The notes below the pieces were generated by a model. The model had not been told where the DNA came from and made no database searches. It worked only from the letters and a program-made list of their open reading frames with translations. A stretch of 62,302 bases of DNA, counting the filler, from Rhabdomonas costata (lineage: Eukaryota), in the NCBI GenBank assembly GCA_019059605.1. It is 33 parts of 33 records of this genome, joined end to end, with 100 filler letters (N's around TTAATTAATTAA, not from the genome) between each part and the next. Parts side by side here need not be neighbours in the genome. Positions count along the whole stretch, not along the records: positions 1 to 1,793 come from JAHMHO010008979.1; positions 1,894 to 3,685 come from JAHMHO010008980.1; positions 3,786 to 5,577 come from JAHMHO010008981.1; positions 5,678 to 7,467 come from JAHMHO010008982.1; positions 7,568 to 9,358 come from JAHMHO010008983.1; positions 9,459 to 11,249 come from JAHMHO010008984.1; positions 11,350 to 13,149 come from JAHMHO010008985.1; 26 more parts are not named here. One strand, given 5' to 3'. Below, piece by piece: positions 1-11,678 of this stretch (the first letter of the stretch is position 1; every line of letters begins with the position of its first letter). Position numbers and translations under genes: made by a program.

Positions 1-259
1 TGTGGGTAGTGGGATGGAGGACCCAAACCCAGCAGGGCAATAGCGCCCAAAAAGAAGTGTACGAGCGCGGAAGGTTGGGTACCCACAAAGAGATCTCTAA
101 ACGCGCCAATCGGGGTTCCCAATGCCCCGCGTACACAGTGGATCAGGGGTCACATGGGGTAAACCAACCCTACGTGACAAGACCGCGGGACAAGGTACCA
201 TGGGCTGACAAGGGTGTGAGGCCCGATAGGCCCATGCCCCATCGAAAGGTGGGAGCCCA

Positions 260-1793
260 GTGGGGAAGTGGACCTCGAGTCCTCCCCAGAAAAAACTCAT
301 CCTTGCCAAGTGCACCAAGTGTGTGTTTGAACCCCATTTTGGAGACCAGCGGCTCCCGTACCCTTGGAGGCATGTGGAGGGATGGCGGAAGAAATCAGCC
401 CCTTCCGAAAGAAGTTCTTGGTCCTGGAAGCAGTGTGCAGATTTTTCCAGGAGAATTTGGACAGAGGGTCCACGAAAGCAGCAACTGAGGGAGATATGGC
501 AAAAGTTCCGGTCAGCTCAGTTGCAGTGGAGAAGCGAGGGAAACGGATCGCGGATTCCGCAGTGGAAGCAGCCAGGAGTGGACGGAATACCTGAGGTTTA
601 TTGCATGTATCATATGCCAACATCCAAATCCTATGTGGGCATGGCCTACAGAGGAGCCCTCCAGCGTCAGCAGACACATTGGAGAGCGAGATTCAGGGAA
701 AACGACCCGTGTCATCTACTGATGAGAACAAACAAGACGCCCCTTGAGTGGGTGATGTGGCCGATTGCGCAATTCCCTCAATGCAAAGGAAGAGGATATC
801 AGAGCTTTCACCGGAGAGCAGCGCCAACAGAAGGAGAATGGGCCAATCACTTGGACACGTGGTGGCCGCGTGGGTTGAACATAGCGAGTACGGGACGAGC
901 CCACAAACCCCTCACGAGGGCACATTGGAACCGCAAGAGGGAACATCTAATGCGGGAAGCGCGCTTGGCAGCAGAGCAAAGCAGGCACGCAGGTGAGCGA
1001 AAAATTGCAGAAGTGTTACAGCGCATGACCAGTGGAGTCCAAGTTAAAGATGCGATCAGGGATCTTGGAACGGAGGAGAAAAAGGCAATGCTGCAGCACT
1101 TATACATCGGTAAGGACCCCGTTCAGGGTCCCCGGGCGCGCTTAGAGCGCGCCCTGAGAGCAGCGGTCCATATGGAGCGGCAGAGGAGACGAAAGCCCGA
1201 TGGAGACTTTGTAAAAGTGCTGATGACATCATCGGTGGCGAGAACTTTGAAGTTGGGATCGATTCTCAGATCCGAGCGCATTTCTCAGAAACACCCAGTT
1301 CCCGAAGAAGCTAAGCTGCTCTGGATATGTGAACGCAATGTGGCACCGTTATCCCAGATGCTGATAAACGTGCAGAAAGTGGCAGAGGAAGCCTCAGAAT
1401 CGCAGGATGAACTTCGTGAGGTGGGCGATCATGAAATCGTTAAGGAGTGCAGCTGCATGGGTCAAGTTAGAGGCGTCACCTCTGCGGACACCTGGAAGGG
1501 TCACCTGTGCACAGCAGAGATGCGCAGGTTCAAAAGCCCTATAATCAGAGCGGCGCTCAGAAAAGGACACAAGTTCAAGATCGATATGGGTGTGGAATCA
1601 CTGCGCACCGAAGTGGAGGAAGGTCTGAGAAAATACATCAATTTCTGGGCCAGCAAGCGAAAGGCGGGAGAGCAGGTACTCAAGAAGCTGGAAGAATGGA
1701 AGCGCGTGGTCCTAGAGGAAGTCCAGAAGACGCTCAACAAGGAGTGGCACGCCTTGTATCCCAGAGGCAATAACCTCCAGCGAGAAGCGGAAC
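260..1793 (+). mobile_element. Penelope-like retroelement ORF with N-terminal GIY-YIG endonuclease (3' truncated before the RT core)
   Basis: Intronless open frame of over 500 codons. It contains a GIY-YIG-type VYCMYHMPTSKSYVG (about 593-640), then R..QTH, then the PLE-type endonuclease end EGEWANHLDTWWPRGLN (to about 880). Downstream are CSC...GHLCT...LRKGHKFK (about 1448-1579), resembling the CxC..H and L.KG.KF motifs that precede the RT in PLEs. Confidence 0.75.
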
Positions 1794-1893
1794 NNNNNNN
1801 NNNNNNNNNNNNNNNNNNNNNNNNNNNNNNNNNNNNNTTAATTAATTAANNNNNNNNNNNNNNNNNNNNNNNNNNNNNNNNNNNNNNNNNNNN
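1794..1893. other. Artificial contig linker N44-TTAATTAATTAA-N44 (first of 32 identical linkers)
   Basis: Identical 100-nt spacer with stops in all six frames. It recurs at 3686, 5578, 7468, 9359, 11250, 13150, 15042, 16934, 18831, 20723, 22612, 24503, 26394, 28285, 30176, 32067, 33965, 35856, 37751, 39642, 41533, 43424, 45315, 47206, 49096, 50987, 52853, 54743, 56633, 58523 and 60413. The intervening contigs are all about 1.8 kb, consistent with a length-sorted concatenation. Confidence 0.99.
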
Positions 1894-3793
1894 TGTTGTC
1901 GGGGAGAAAGAGAGCTGGGAGAGGGTGGGATGCGCCCCAGCCCACCGGGCAAAGATGGCCATTTGCCGAAAGTATTGGGTGCGCGTGGAGACGGCGACCG
2001 ACCAGTGAACGAGACTCTGAAGGGTGTGATGGGGGGCTTGCGGAGGTTCGTTGGCCTGCTGGAGATATAATTGGAGGCGCTCAACGAATTTGGGAGAATT
2101 GGAGGGGTGGGTCTCGAGAGGGGAAAGGGATTGATGGTAGGGGTCTGGTGCTGAGGTGGGAGGGTGTGTTGGTGTCAGAGGGAGCTGGAGCAGCATACAG
2201 GAGTGTCGTGAGCCGTTGTCACCTTTGAGGCCACATCCCAATACCTCTCTACCTTGGTCTTATTCTTCTTTGGTCGGCTTTTCACGTTTCTGGTTGCGAA
2301 CGCAGCGTCTTGTCTCAGTGCCCTCAATCCCTTCGCACAACACACACCTCCCGCCGGGGGCATCTCTCCCATGGTCCTCGGGTTGAGCTGGCCATGGTCC
2401 CGCCCGCCACAGGAGGAGCGTCTCCCCTCGGACACCGCCGTGCTGCAGTACTCCGCAGCACTGCTGGAGCAGTGGCTGGCGATGCACCCCTCCCCCGCGG
2501 TGCCCTCGGGGATGCGCACCGCAGCGGTAGCGGGCAAGAGTAGGCTGGGGTTCTACCACTGGCCCTACCCCCGCACCATTCGCTCCGCGGACGAGGACCC
2601 CAACGAGGTCTTTGATTCTTTTGTCGACCAGGAACCAGAAACCGACCAGCGTATCGCACTGGAAAGCCCCCTGGCCGGCTCAGTCGGCAAAAGGCCACCC
2701 GCGCATCATCCTGCCACCGCAACTTTCTGGTCTTTGACAAGCGAAGGCCATCGCACAGTCAGGACCACAGTATCCTCCTGAGCCCTGGCAGGGGAGTGCC
2801 TGAGGCCTCGACCGACTCGGTCGGTGTAGCAAAACATTTGAGTCGGTTCAAGGATGCATTCAGCATTTCCATACTCACCAAAGACTTTCTGAGAACTGTG
2901 CTTTTGATGGAACCCAGGCAGATGACGGTTGCCTCTTAATTAAAAACTGACAATATCCAATTGATGTTCTGGGGGCAATGGTCATCAGTTTCGAACGAAG
3001 GTTTACAATATCCCACTTATTTGGAAGAAGTGGCGTAACCAGAAGGGTTTCTTAGCTGTTTCGTGAAGTGGAGAATGTAGAGTCCGAGTATTGGTATACA
3101 CCCTCCAGCTTTTTGGCCAACGTGCAATATCCAGATTCAAGTATACAGATACAAGTGTACTTATGCAAAGACCAATTGTTCCCTTTGCGAACCCCGATTT
3201 GGTCCGGAAACATTTGTTGCGGTAAGTGCAGTAACCAACACCGAAACCCGTGTTTTCGCATGCCAGTGCTTTCATTCGTCTCTTGGCTGGGGCCTGTGCC
3301 TGTGTCTCGGAAATTGAATCTTTTTCTGATTGTTTTCTGGTAATAATCGGTTTAGGGTGAAGCGGGCGGGAGCAGGCCCCCCTAGCCCTGGTCAGCGTTC
3401 ATTCGCCCACTCAATCAGGTCAATCCCAACCCATCCATGAGTATGCGGAGGCTCGGACAACCCCCTGGCTCACCCCCCGATGCTCGGCAATCCAGTTGTG
3501 AGGCACCCCAAAGTCCCACGCCGCGAAATCCCCGGGCCGCTGCAGCAAGAGGGTACGAGGCTCCTCCTGCGGAGAGCGCGGCGCGAAGCTGAGCCGGAAA
3601 CTCCCTGAGATCAGCACGGACATCGTGCGGGCGTGGGTGTTGGTGGCGAAGCCCCGGTTGGTCTCCCCCTTGCGGTGGACCCCCCNNNNNNNNNNNNNNN
3701 NNNNNNNNNNNNNNNNNNNNNNNNNNNNNTTAATTAATTAANNNNNNNNNNNNNNNNNNNNNNNNNNNNNNNNNNNNNNNNNNNNTGTTTTGG

Positions 3794-4073
3794 GGATCGC
3801 TGTTGAGATGATATAAGGGCCATTTTCTTCAGCGAGTTTATATGTGCGTCAGCTCCGCCTCCCTGACCGCCCACGCCTTCTTCTGCTCCGTGAGCTCCGC
3901 CCGGCTGGCCTCCAGCTCCCTCTGAAGCGTCGCGAGGCAGTCCTGGGAGCTCTGATTGAGGCAAAGCAGAGAGGTAAAGCGCAGCAGCGTGTATGCGCTC
4001 CGAGGCACACACGGTAGACTCACATATAAACTCGCTGAAGAAAATGGCCCTTATATCATCTCAACAGCGATCC
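3794..4073. repeat. 53-bp perfect inverted repeat at contig start (probable fold-back artefact)
   Basis: 3794-3846 is the exact reverse complement of 4021-4073. It interrupts the third repeat exon of the ART gene. Confidence 0.9.
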
Positions 4074-5577
4074 TGAAAACCCGAAAAATCTTCATTCGGG
4101 CAAATGCTGGCCATGCTGCACCATCAAGCACTCTTGGGCTCTTTGACTCTTAGGGCGAAAGCAAAAGATGCGAAAGTTCGGGCTCATGATATGCACGCAG
4201 CACCCTTCAAGTTGCTATAACTGAGCGTCCGCATGAAGCCAGCTGTCAGCAAAACTCAACTCAACCGTCCCAACCGGCCAGTCAAGCTCATGGTGGGATG
4301 TGTGAGCTGTGCCAAGTTCTCCCTTCCGGCCCTGCTTCGGGCTATTGTCCCAAGGCGCCCTTGTGGCAAGACACCCAGCGAATAGGACGAAGATTGGACC
4401 CAAAATAAGGCGAGGAGGCAAGCAGGAGAGGAGTGGAGTGGCCGACCGCGCGGCGGGCGAGGGCCTCCTTCAGCTCCGCCCGGCAGGCCTCCAGCTCCCT
4501 CTGAAGCTTCACCACGGACTCCTGCAAGCTCTGAATGAGGCAAATCAATTCACAGAGAGTCGTCATGAGCGTAGGGATATGCCCCCAGAGGCACGTACGG
4601 CATGCAGTCACAGCCGGTGCACATGTTAACCTACTTGCTTGCGCATCGCAGCGGGTGGCACTCGCAGGGCAAGGACCACACAGGTGTGCGTGTGGGTCTC
4701 ATCCCCCACCCCACCCCCTCCAGGAGAGGAGCTCAGGAGTGGGGTGGACGACCACGTGGCGGGCGAGGGCCTCCGTCAGCTCCGCCTCTTTCGCCGCCCA
4801 GGCCTTCTTCTGCTCCTCCAGCTCCGCCTGGCTGGCCTCGAGGTCCCTCTGCAGCTTCGACACGGAGTCCGCCGAGCTCTGAATCCAATATGGCAAACCG
4901 GAAAAAAACAAATTGTGTTCTTCGTTATTTGGATCCGACCTTCATGTACCAAAAGAGTCCACACTCATCTGTAGAAAAAACCCGCCAAAGCAGGACTGGG
5001 CTGCGCAACCCTTGCGGGTTTTCCTAATTCCTGAGCTCTGGACAATGGTTTCGGTTCTTGTCATGACACTGAACCGCGACCTCACCATCGCCAGGACGGC
5101 GTTGCAGGCAACAAAAGCGAAAGTCATAATGCAAACGAACGGCTTAACTACCTCATTTCCGCTGAGAAAGGCAACCGAGGCCTCCCGGTTGTACTTCCCC
5201 ATCACACTCACCAGCCCGGCGTGTACCTCCCCCGCTCCCACCGCTCCCTCGTGACGGTACACATAGTTCACATCCACCGCAACCCCGAACTCCGCAACAA
5301 CCTCACATTCGCTGTGGTAGCACGACAGTTCCCGAACATCGTACCCCCACAGCCCATTCACCTCGTACACCGTCCGAGGCCCTGAGCCCGCTGCCCTGAA
5401 GCGCGCGAGGACCTTCGAGTCGGTGGTGAATGAGGTCAGGCTGTAGAAGAAGATCCGAACATGCGAAGGCCCGTCCTCGTCCTTGAGGGACTCCTTCTCG
5501 CCACCTTCCGCACGGTACACCTTCGTCGCACTGACCCGAAACCGCGGCGGAAGGCTGCGCAGGCCCACCAACACCAC
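3847..5577 (-). CDS. ADP-ribosyltransferase (R-S-E clade, ExE) domain fused to coiled-coil repeat exons (partial)
   Basis: Exon 5577-5176 reads KVYRAE...FYSLTSFTTDSKVLARF...TVYEVNGLWGYDVRELSCYHSECEVV. It is followed by phase-0 exons 4878-4753, 4530-4447 and 3951-3847, each preceded by tcAG and encoding LQR(D/E)LEA..AEL repeats. Confidence 0.75.
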
Positions 5578-5677
5578 NNNNNNNNNNNNNNNNNNNNNNN
5601 NNNNNNNNNNNNNNNNNNNNNTTAATTAATTAANNNNNNNNNNNNNNNNNNNNNNNNNNNNNNNNNNNNNNNNNNNN

Positions 5678-6970
5678 GTCGAAGATCGTCAGGCGGTGGT
5701 AGGCGAACCGGGTGAAGGCGTAGCGGATGGCGTGGGGCAGGCTGTCGTCCATGTGGGTCACGTCATTCTCGGGCATCAGGCGGGTGGTTTCCTTGGCCTC
5801 CTTCACGGCCCTCACAGGAAGGTCCAGGATGTCCTGTGGTGGTGTGTGCGTGTGGGCTCGTGTGTGCGTGTGGGGCCCACAAGGATTTGCATGGGCGCAA
5901 ACCACCAACCGTTGCTCTATGCGACCAAGGGGCGTGACACGCAGGCAGAATGCATGTACAGTGAAAAATGGGACAAGAAATCAAAGCAAAGTCAGGAACG
6001 AATGTGCGTGTGCAAGAGCACGAGAAGAGGCAGGAAAGGAGCCAGTGAATGGTGAAAAAGAGAGAAAGAGGGGAGAGGCGAAAGAGAAGAGGGAGAAAGG
6101 ATCGGAACTTGGTGTTAGCTGTAGATTTCGGACCCAACTTGAGAAATACAGAAAACTGGAGAAAATAAAAGACAAAAATATATTGCTCTATTGCTCTCCA
6201 CTTAGCCACTGTTTCTGGCCATGCTTCCGTGCCAACCAAGCTGCCGAATGCAAAGCCTTCGTTGACGCTGAGGAAGCCGTTAATCGGCTTCCCAAGGGTT
6301 TCTCCAGCGTAGTCGTTTCCCAAGTCATTCAGGTTCAGGTGCCGTTCAGAACATGCAAAAAGTCCAATTGAAAAAGCCACAAAAGGCACAGAAATTCTTG
6401 CATACCACCAAACAGACCGATTGAACAAAAAAAGAAAAAATGCGAGGAAAACGGTATCAGTCGCATATAGGTGAGTGTGTGGTGGGCGTCTGGATGCGTC
6501 ATGCAAAGCGTCAATGGAAAAAATGGAAAAAGGAGGGGACAAACCAAATCAAAATCGAATAGAGTATATCACTTCTTTCTGAAATGAGACATATACTGGA
6601 GAAGCACAGAACGGTGTTCTTTGCAAGCGACGTTGGAAACAAAATAAAGAGAAGAATGCCTCTACAGTGGGCAGCAAACGGGCACAAAGGGAACAGCGCA
6701 GTGTCTGTCAATAACAAAGCGTGCATAAATAGGTGCAGGAAGAAGGGGCAGGAAGGATCCGAAAAGTTGTTGGTTGGGTGGTGGGACAAGGGCGGAACAT
6801 ATCACATACTTAATAAACCAAGTCACCGAAACAAGGGTGCTGGGGGCAGGGGATTCGAGAGAGCAGGCATGCCTTCAGAACAGCGCTCCTGTCAAGGTCT
6901 TTGTCATCGGCGACGTTCCCAACGCGCTCCACCAGCATGTTGGAGATAATCATGATGTCCAGCATCCCGT
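5678..6970 (-). CDS. Putative multi-exon gene, unknown product
   Basis: GC-rich exon after accacAG reads DILDLPVRAVKEAKETTRLMPENDVTHMDDSLPHAIRYAFTRFAYHRLTIFD (to 5678). Coding-like segments also occur at about 6230-6340 and 6875-6970 (MLDIMIISNMLVERVGNVADDKDLDRSAVLK). No family recognised. Confidence 0.4.
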
Positions 6971-7127
6971 GGTAAGTCTCCTAAACAAGTGTCGACATCA
7001 GTGACCTCCCGTGCGTTTGCCTTCACAGTAATTCTCACAGGCACAGGACCAACGGCCCAAGGGAATGGTGCGGGCACATGCTGACGACCTCGGCATGCAA
7101 ACACTTCCACTGCCGTACACCCACCAG

Positions 7128-7198
7128 CACACACTGAGCTGGGTGTAAAGGGAGAACGCTGGTACGGATACTGGCTCGAATCCATATCATGGTAACAC
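7128..7198. repeat. Copy 1 of a short dispersed repeat family
   Basis: Shares CTGGGTGTAAAGGG exactly with 20228-20241, and TCGAATCCA.ATCA.GGT with 32948-32965. Confidence 0.65.
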
Positions 7199-9714
7199 GC
7201 TGGTCTCCATTAGGCGTAAGGATGAAGGCAACTCTAGCCCCAGGGAGTCTGGAGCAGTCGCGAGACTTAAGATGACGACTGAGAAAGGTCTCTCGCTCTC
7301 TCTCAAACACACGGCATTCTTCTGTCCGCCCCTGTCTATGGCTCCTTGGCAACTGAACTGCTTTTCGCCTTGTTTGCCTTTGAACACCATGCCTCTTGTT
7401 CGGGTGTTGTTTCCTCACCTACTAAAGGGGCCGGCACTCAGGCTGCTGCAGGGTGATCCCCCACACCNNNNNNNNNNNNNNNNNNNNNNNNNNNNNNNNN
7501 NNNNNNNNNNNTTAATTAATTAANNNNNNNNNNNNNNNNNNNNNNNNNNNNNNNNNNNNNNNNNNNNCCGAGGCGCTTCGGCTTCCGCCCCCAAGAGTGT
7601 GTTAAAACATGGAATTCTCTCATTTCATCTTTTTATTTTAACTCGGACATGAGTTAATACAGCTGGCTTAAAACCTCACAGAAACTGGGGGCAGGGTTGT
7701 GTAAAGGTTCCTCTGGTGAACTTCGCAAAAAGCTGGATTGACAAAAGAGACCGATTTTACATTTTGTTCGAAACTCGCTCTTATGAGACCACTTCACATG
7801 TGGCTCTATTCAACTGCTTTATTTCCAGTATTTGATGACACTGTCCTTTATTTTACCCGTTTTCAACTCCAATTACATCCCTTTTACACTTTGCAGCATG
7901 ATGTTCATTGGTTTTTCACGGAAGGATAATTCACAGGAAAAGCAGAAAATGTGGGAAGAATGTGCGCAGGAAAATGAAAGTATGCCTGCCCCGTGGTTGT
8001 CCGAGGAATTCCTGCCCTTTATGGTTGGTGGGCGCCAGTAAGTGCGCGAAAGTACCCGTGCGGATGTGCTTGGACTTATGTGTGTTGTGTGCTGTGGAGG
8101 GCGGAGGGGGGGCCTGGGCAGTTCGGCAGCCAACAGCGGTCAAGGGCTCTCTTCCCTGTGTTTTTGTGTGAAACCGCACTTGTGTGGGGACCGGGCTGTG
8201 GAAAAGGAAAACCAGGCACTCAACCCGCCGTCGCCTTGATATTCCTCCCCACGAGCAATCCGAGATTCTCAGGTTCAAACTCACAACGTTTCCTTGTTTG
8301 CGATTGAGTTTGATATTCTGCCCGAAGTTTGTCTCTTTGATTCACTCCCCCCCCCCCGACGCGCACACTTCCGATTTCGCAGAGCGTGTGGACCCTGCCT
8401 TCAAGCGGCCTGGAGCCCTTTGGGGAGGCGGACAGCACCAGTAGCCGGAGGTACCTGGTGAGCGCCATGCTGTGGGACAGCGGTGGTGCCCTACGCCTAT
8501 TGGTGGGTAATAGGTTGGGTTCATGATTTCGGATAGGCTGATTTTCAAAATGATTATCTCGACAGATAATTGCAAATGCAATGACTCTCGAAGGGCAAAA
8601 AAGGGGGGACTGGGTGGTTTTTCATACAAAACATACAAACGATCATTTCGAAAGAAGGAAAATTGCTTCATTTGAGGATCTTTTCCGAGGGTCTGGCCAT
8701 CAATACTGTTGGTAGTGCCAAGGAAACGGGCAGCGTTCAACTCAAGTATTATTGTGTCCGCGCGTGGAGACTTGTTGAGATCTGCTGTTCGTTTGCGTCT
8801 CGAATTGCGAGTGGAAAAGGGGATGTGAATGGAAATCGGGTGTTTGTGAGCTTTGTCCAAACAGGATTGTGTGTATGTGTGTATTTACGTGGCGGCAGTG
8901 TCAGAAACCGAGTTTGAATAAATAACAGGCATACCTTCAGTGTACCTTTTAGGGGACACGTGCATCGCCTCCTAACCCCATGCGAGATGAAATATCCGGA
9001 TATAGGGGGCACGTGCTTTTGCTTCGTCACTGACGAAGCAATGCTCCAAGACATCATAAAGCGTCAACGTGAGCAATGAAAGGAACCTTGGAAAAAAGGC
9101 AGAAAGGCAAATAACATAAGGTTCATGTTGTCGGTCGCAATCCTGTTATCCTCAGAGGCAGTGCCTCCAAGACACCAGACCGGCGCATAAGCACGGGCGT
9201 AAATAAATTCTTTTCAATTCCAAACGCGCGGGAACCTGGAAGAAGCCAGTCGGCCACAAAGTGCCGGGCAAGAATGTGAAACAGACAGGATTTCTAGAGG
9301 CCGCTGGTCCGTTTTCATTTTTGAGATATCATGGTTACCAATCCCAGACCCCAAAACCNNNNNNNNNNNNNNNNNNNNNNNNNNNNNNNNNNNNNNNNNN
9401 NNTTAATTAATTAANNNNNNNNNNNNNNNNNNNNNNNNNNNNNNNNNNNNNNNNNNNNTGTGGGGTGGGGGTGCCTCTGCTACAATGTCGCGTTTTGTGC
9501 GTCGTCCCGCTGGGACGCTGGACAGTTGTTTGTCACAGCGGCGTTCTACACGTGCACTTTTTATGAAAACTTGTGGTGTGGTGTTCTGAGGGTGACCATT
9601 TTTTCGGTTCGCTTCAATGATGACCTTGCCTTTTGTTCATTTTTTTTTGCCTCGCAACCACGCTTGAGTGAGCCGAACGAGCAATCACCAGAGGAAGGTT
9701 TAACACGGGGCTAC

Positions 9715-11249
9715 CGATGATTCCTACGAGCAGCTGGGAGGCCTTGTGGTCCACCCCGACGAGAAGGGAATAATCCATTACGTTGAGCTTGGAGAGCAGC
9801 AGAGTGTCGTTGTGGATGCTCATGCTGAACTGGTCCTTGTCCTCCTCCCGCACAAACAGCCACTTCCCACTGTCGTACAGAGCTGAGAAGCAGGAAATTA
9901 AACCCACTTGCATCTCGAAGCGTGCTCCAGGCTTCCTGGCTTTTCCTCAGGGCAAACGTCAGACGTCAAATCCACCTCCCTGATCAACTATTCAACTGCC
10001 TAGCGGCACTTTCCGCCCGTTCTCCATTACCGCTCTTCAACTTTGGCCATCGCCCGCTGATTTTTCCCGTCTAAACTGCAGACGACTTCATCCACTGTCT
10101 GCAAGTTGACTGCTGCAAACTTATTCTGTCCATGCAGACGTCTCTCCGCGCAGCTCCATAGCTTAACTATGCAAAGAGAACCTCAGGGCATACTTCCATC
10201 CTGCTGCAGGCCGCTTGCATTTGATCTTTGGTGATGGCGGGGACGAGTTATACCTCTTTCCCCTTCTCAAAAGCTCTCACAACCCTTGACGATGGGAGCT
10301 GATCCCGTATCGAACCTGAACCTGGAGATGGCAACAAAGGAAGGCCAAGTGGTGGGGGTGGGTTAGGGAACGCCCACCTTGCAGCAGGTTCTCGTCCATC
10401 AGTACGGCGCTGCCCTTGGCCTGGAAGCGGTTCCTCATGCTCCCCTTGAGGTCATAGATCTGCGCACAAGGCAGCGCACCCCCACACAAAGGGGCTGCGT
10501 GTGAACGGCAGAGTGCCGCAACCAGAGCGGCTTTCCAATAAGAGCTGAGGGGGTGAGTAGGGAAATGCAACTCAAACAAGAGCCTCCATCCGATTCCAAC
10601 CATCGGGAGATTCGTTGCCTTGGTTAGGGGTTGTTTTTGTGCGCATGTGTGTGGGTGTCTGGGTGCTCTCTCAATACTCAGACTTTTGATTTCCTTTGTA
10701 CTCCCGAGCGTTAGGAGATAGCCACGCTCGCAGGCTGCTAGTCATTCAACTGACACGAGGCAAACCCATCCAGTCTGCTTTAGGGGGATAATCCAATGCC
10801 GAGCTTATTATAATTTGCCCCAGTGGGGATCCTGTATATACCTCGAAGATGCCTAAAGCGATCCCACAGTGTGACTCCACACTGTTTCTCGCTTATAGCG
10901 TGGATTCAAACGGGGTGCACAGCACCGTAAAATCGAGGGCATATGCGAGCAACCGCTCCTATTACGTATTGAGGCACGTGATAATGCGTCCACACGACAC
11001 ATACAAAAAGTTGCTAAGGTCAGTGCTGCTTAAGGGCACCTCCACAGATGTTCGAATCGCGAGGCAAGACCAAAACCCGAACCCAAAAACGGATTCCAGC
11101 TGACGGGACGTACCGGGTGAGGTGAAAGAGAGAGAGAGAGAAAGAGCGAGCAGTGTTTGCCTGGTCCACTTGCTGGTTGTAAAAGAGATTCTCCATGAGG
11201 ATGTAGTTCAGCACCGGTGGGGCGGCGGACGACCCCGCGGGCTTCACGG
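9715..11249 (-). CDS. FAB1: Fab1/PIKfyve-type PI3P 5-kinase catalytic domain (3 exons, partial)
   Basis: Exons 11249-11161 (YILMENLFYNQQVDQ), 10459-10378 (IYDLKGSMRNR...VLMDENLLQ) and 9882-9715 (SIHNDTLLLSKLNVMDYSLLVGVD...LLVGII). Phases join in frame. The first intron is GC-AG. Confidence 0.9.
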
Positions 11250-11678
11250 NNNNNNNNNNNNNNNNNNNNNNNNNNNNNNNNNNNNNNNNNNNNTTAATTA
11301 ATTAANNNNNNNNNNNNNNNNNNNNNNNNNNNNNNNNNNNNNNNNNNNNTTCGTGGGAAGGGCTCTGGGGCTGGTTGTGCTCGGAGTGCTGTGACTAGTC
11401 CGCAATACTGCTTTCTTGGTGGCCTTCTATTGTATTTTCACAAAATAGATTTGGGGGTTCACATAACACTTTTGTGGGTGCGTTTTTGAACTAACGGGGA
11501 CCAGCCAGCCAGCTCCTGTCGTGCTCTTATGCTTTTTCCTGCTTGGGGCTGGAAAGGCCATCGGGAACGGAACTATGGGGTCGCCCTAATCGGTTGGGGT
11601 TTTGGGTTTCGTGACCTTCTTGATTTGCTAGCGGTGATGGGCCACCTGCCACAAACCCGCTCTCCGGCTTCGTTTCAG

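Noticed and set aside
1-260. Hammerhead ribozyme or pLTR upstream of the PLE ORF
   Set aside because: No CTGANGA...GAAA core with pairing stems was found by eye.
1838-1849. TTAATTAATTAA recurring every 1.9 kb as a biological repeat, CRISPR or TTAA target site
   Set aside because: It is always flanked by 44 Ns on each side, so it is a synthetic six-frame-stop linker.
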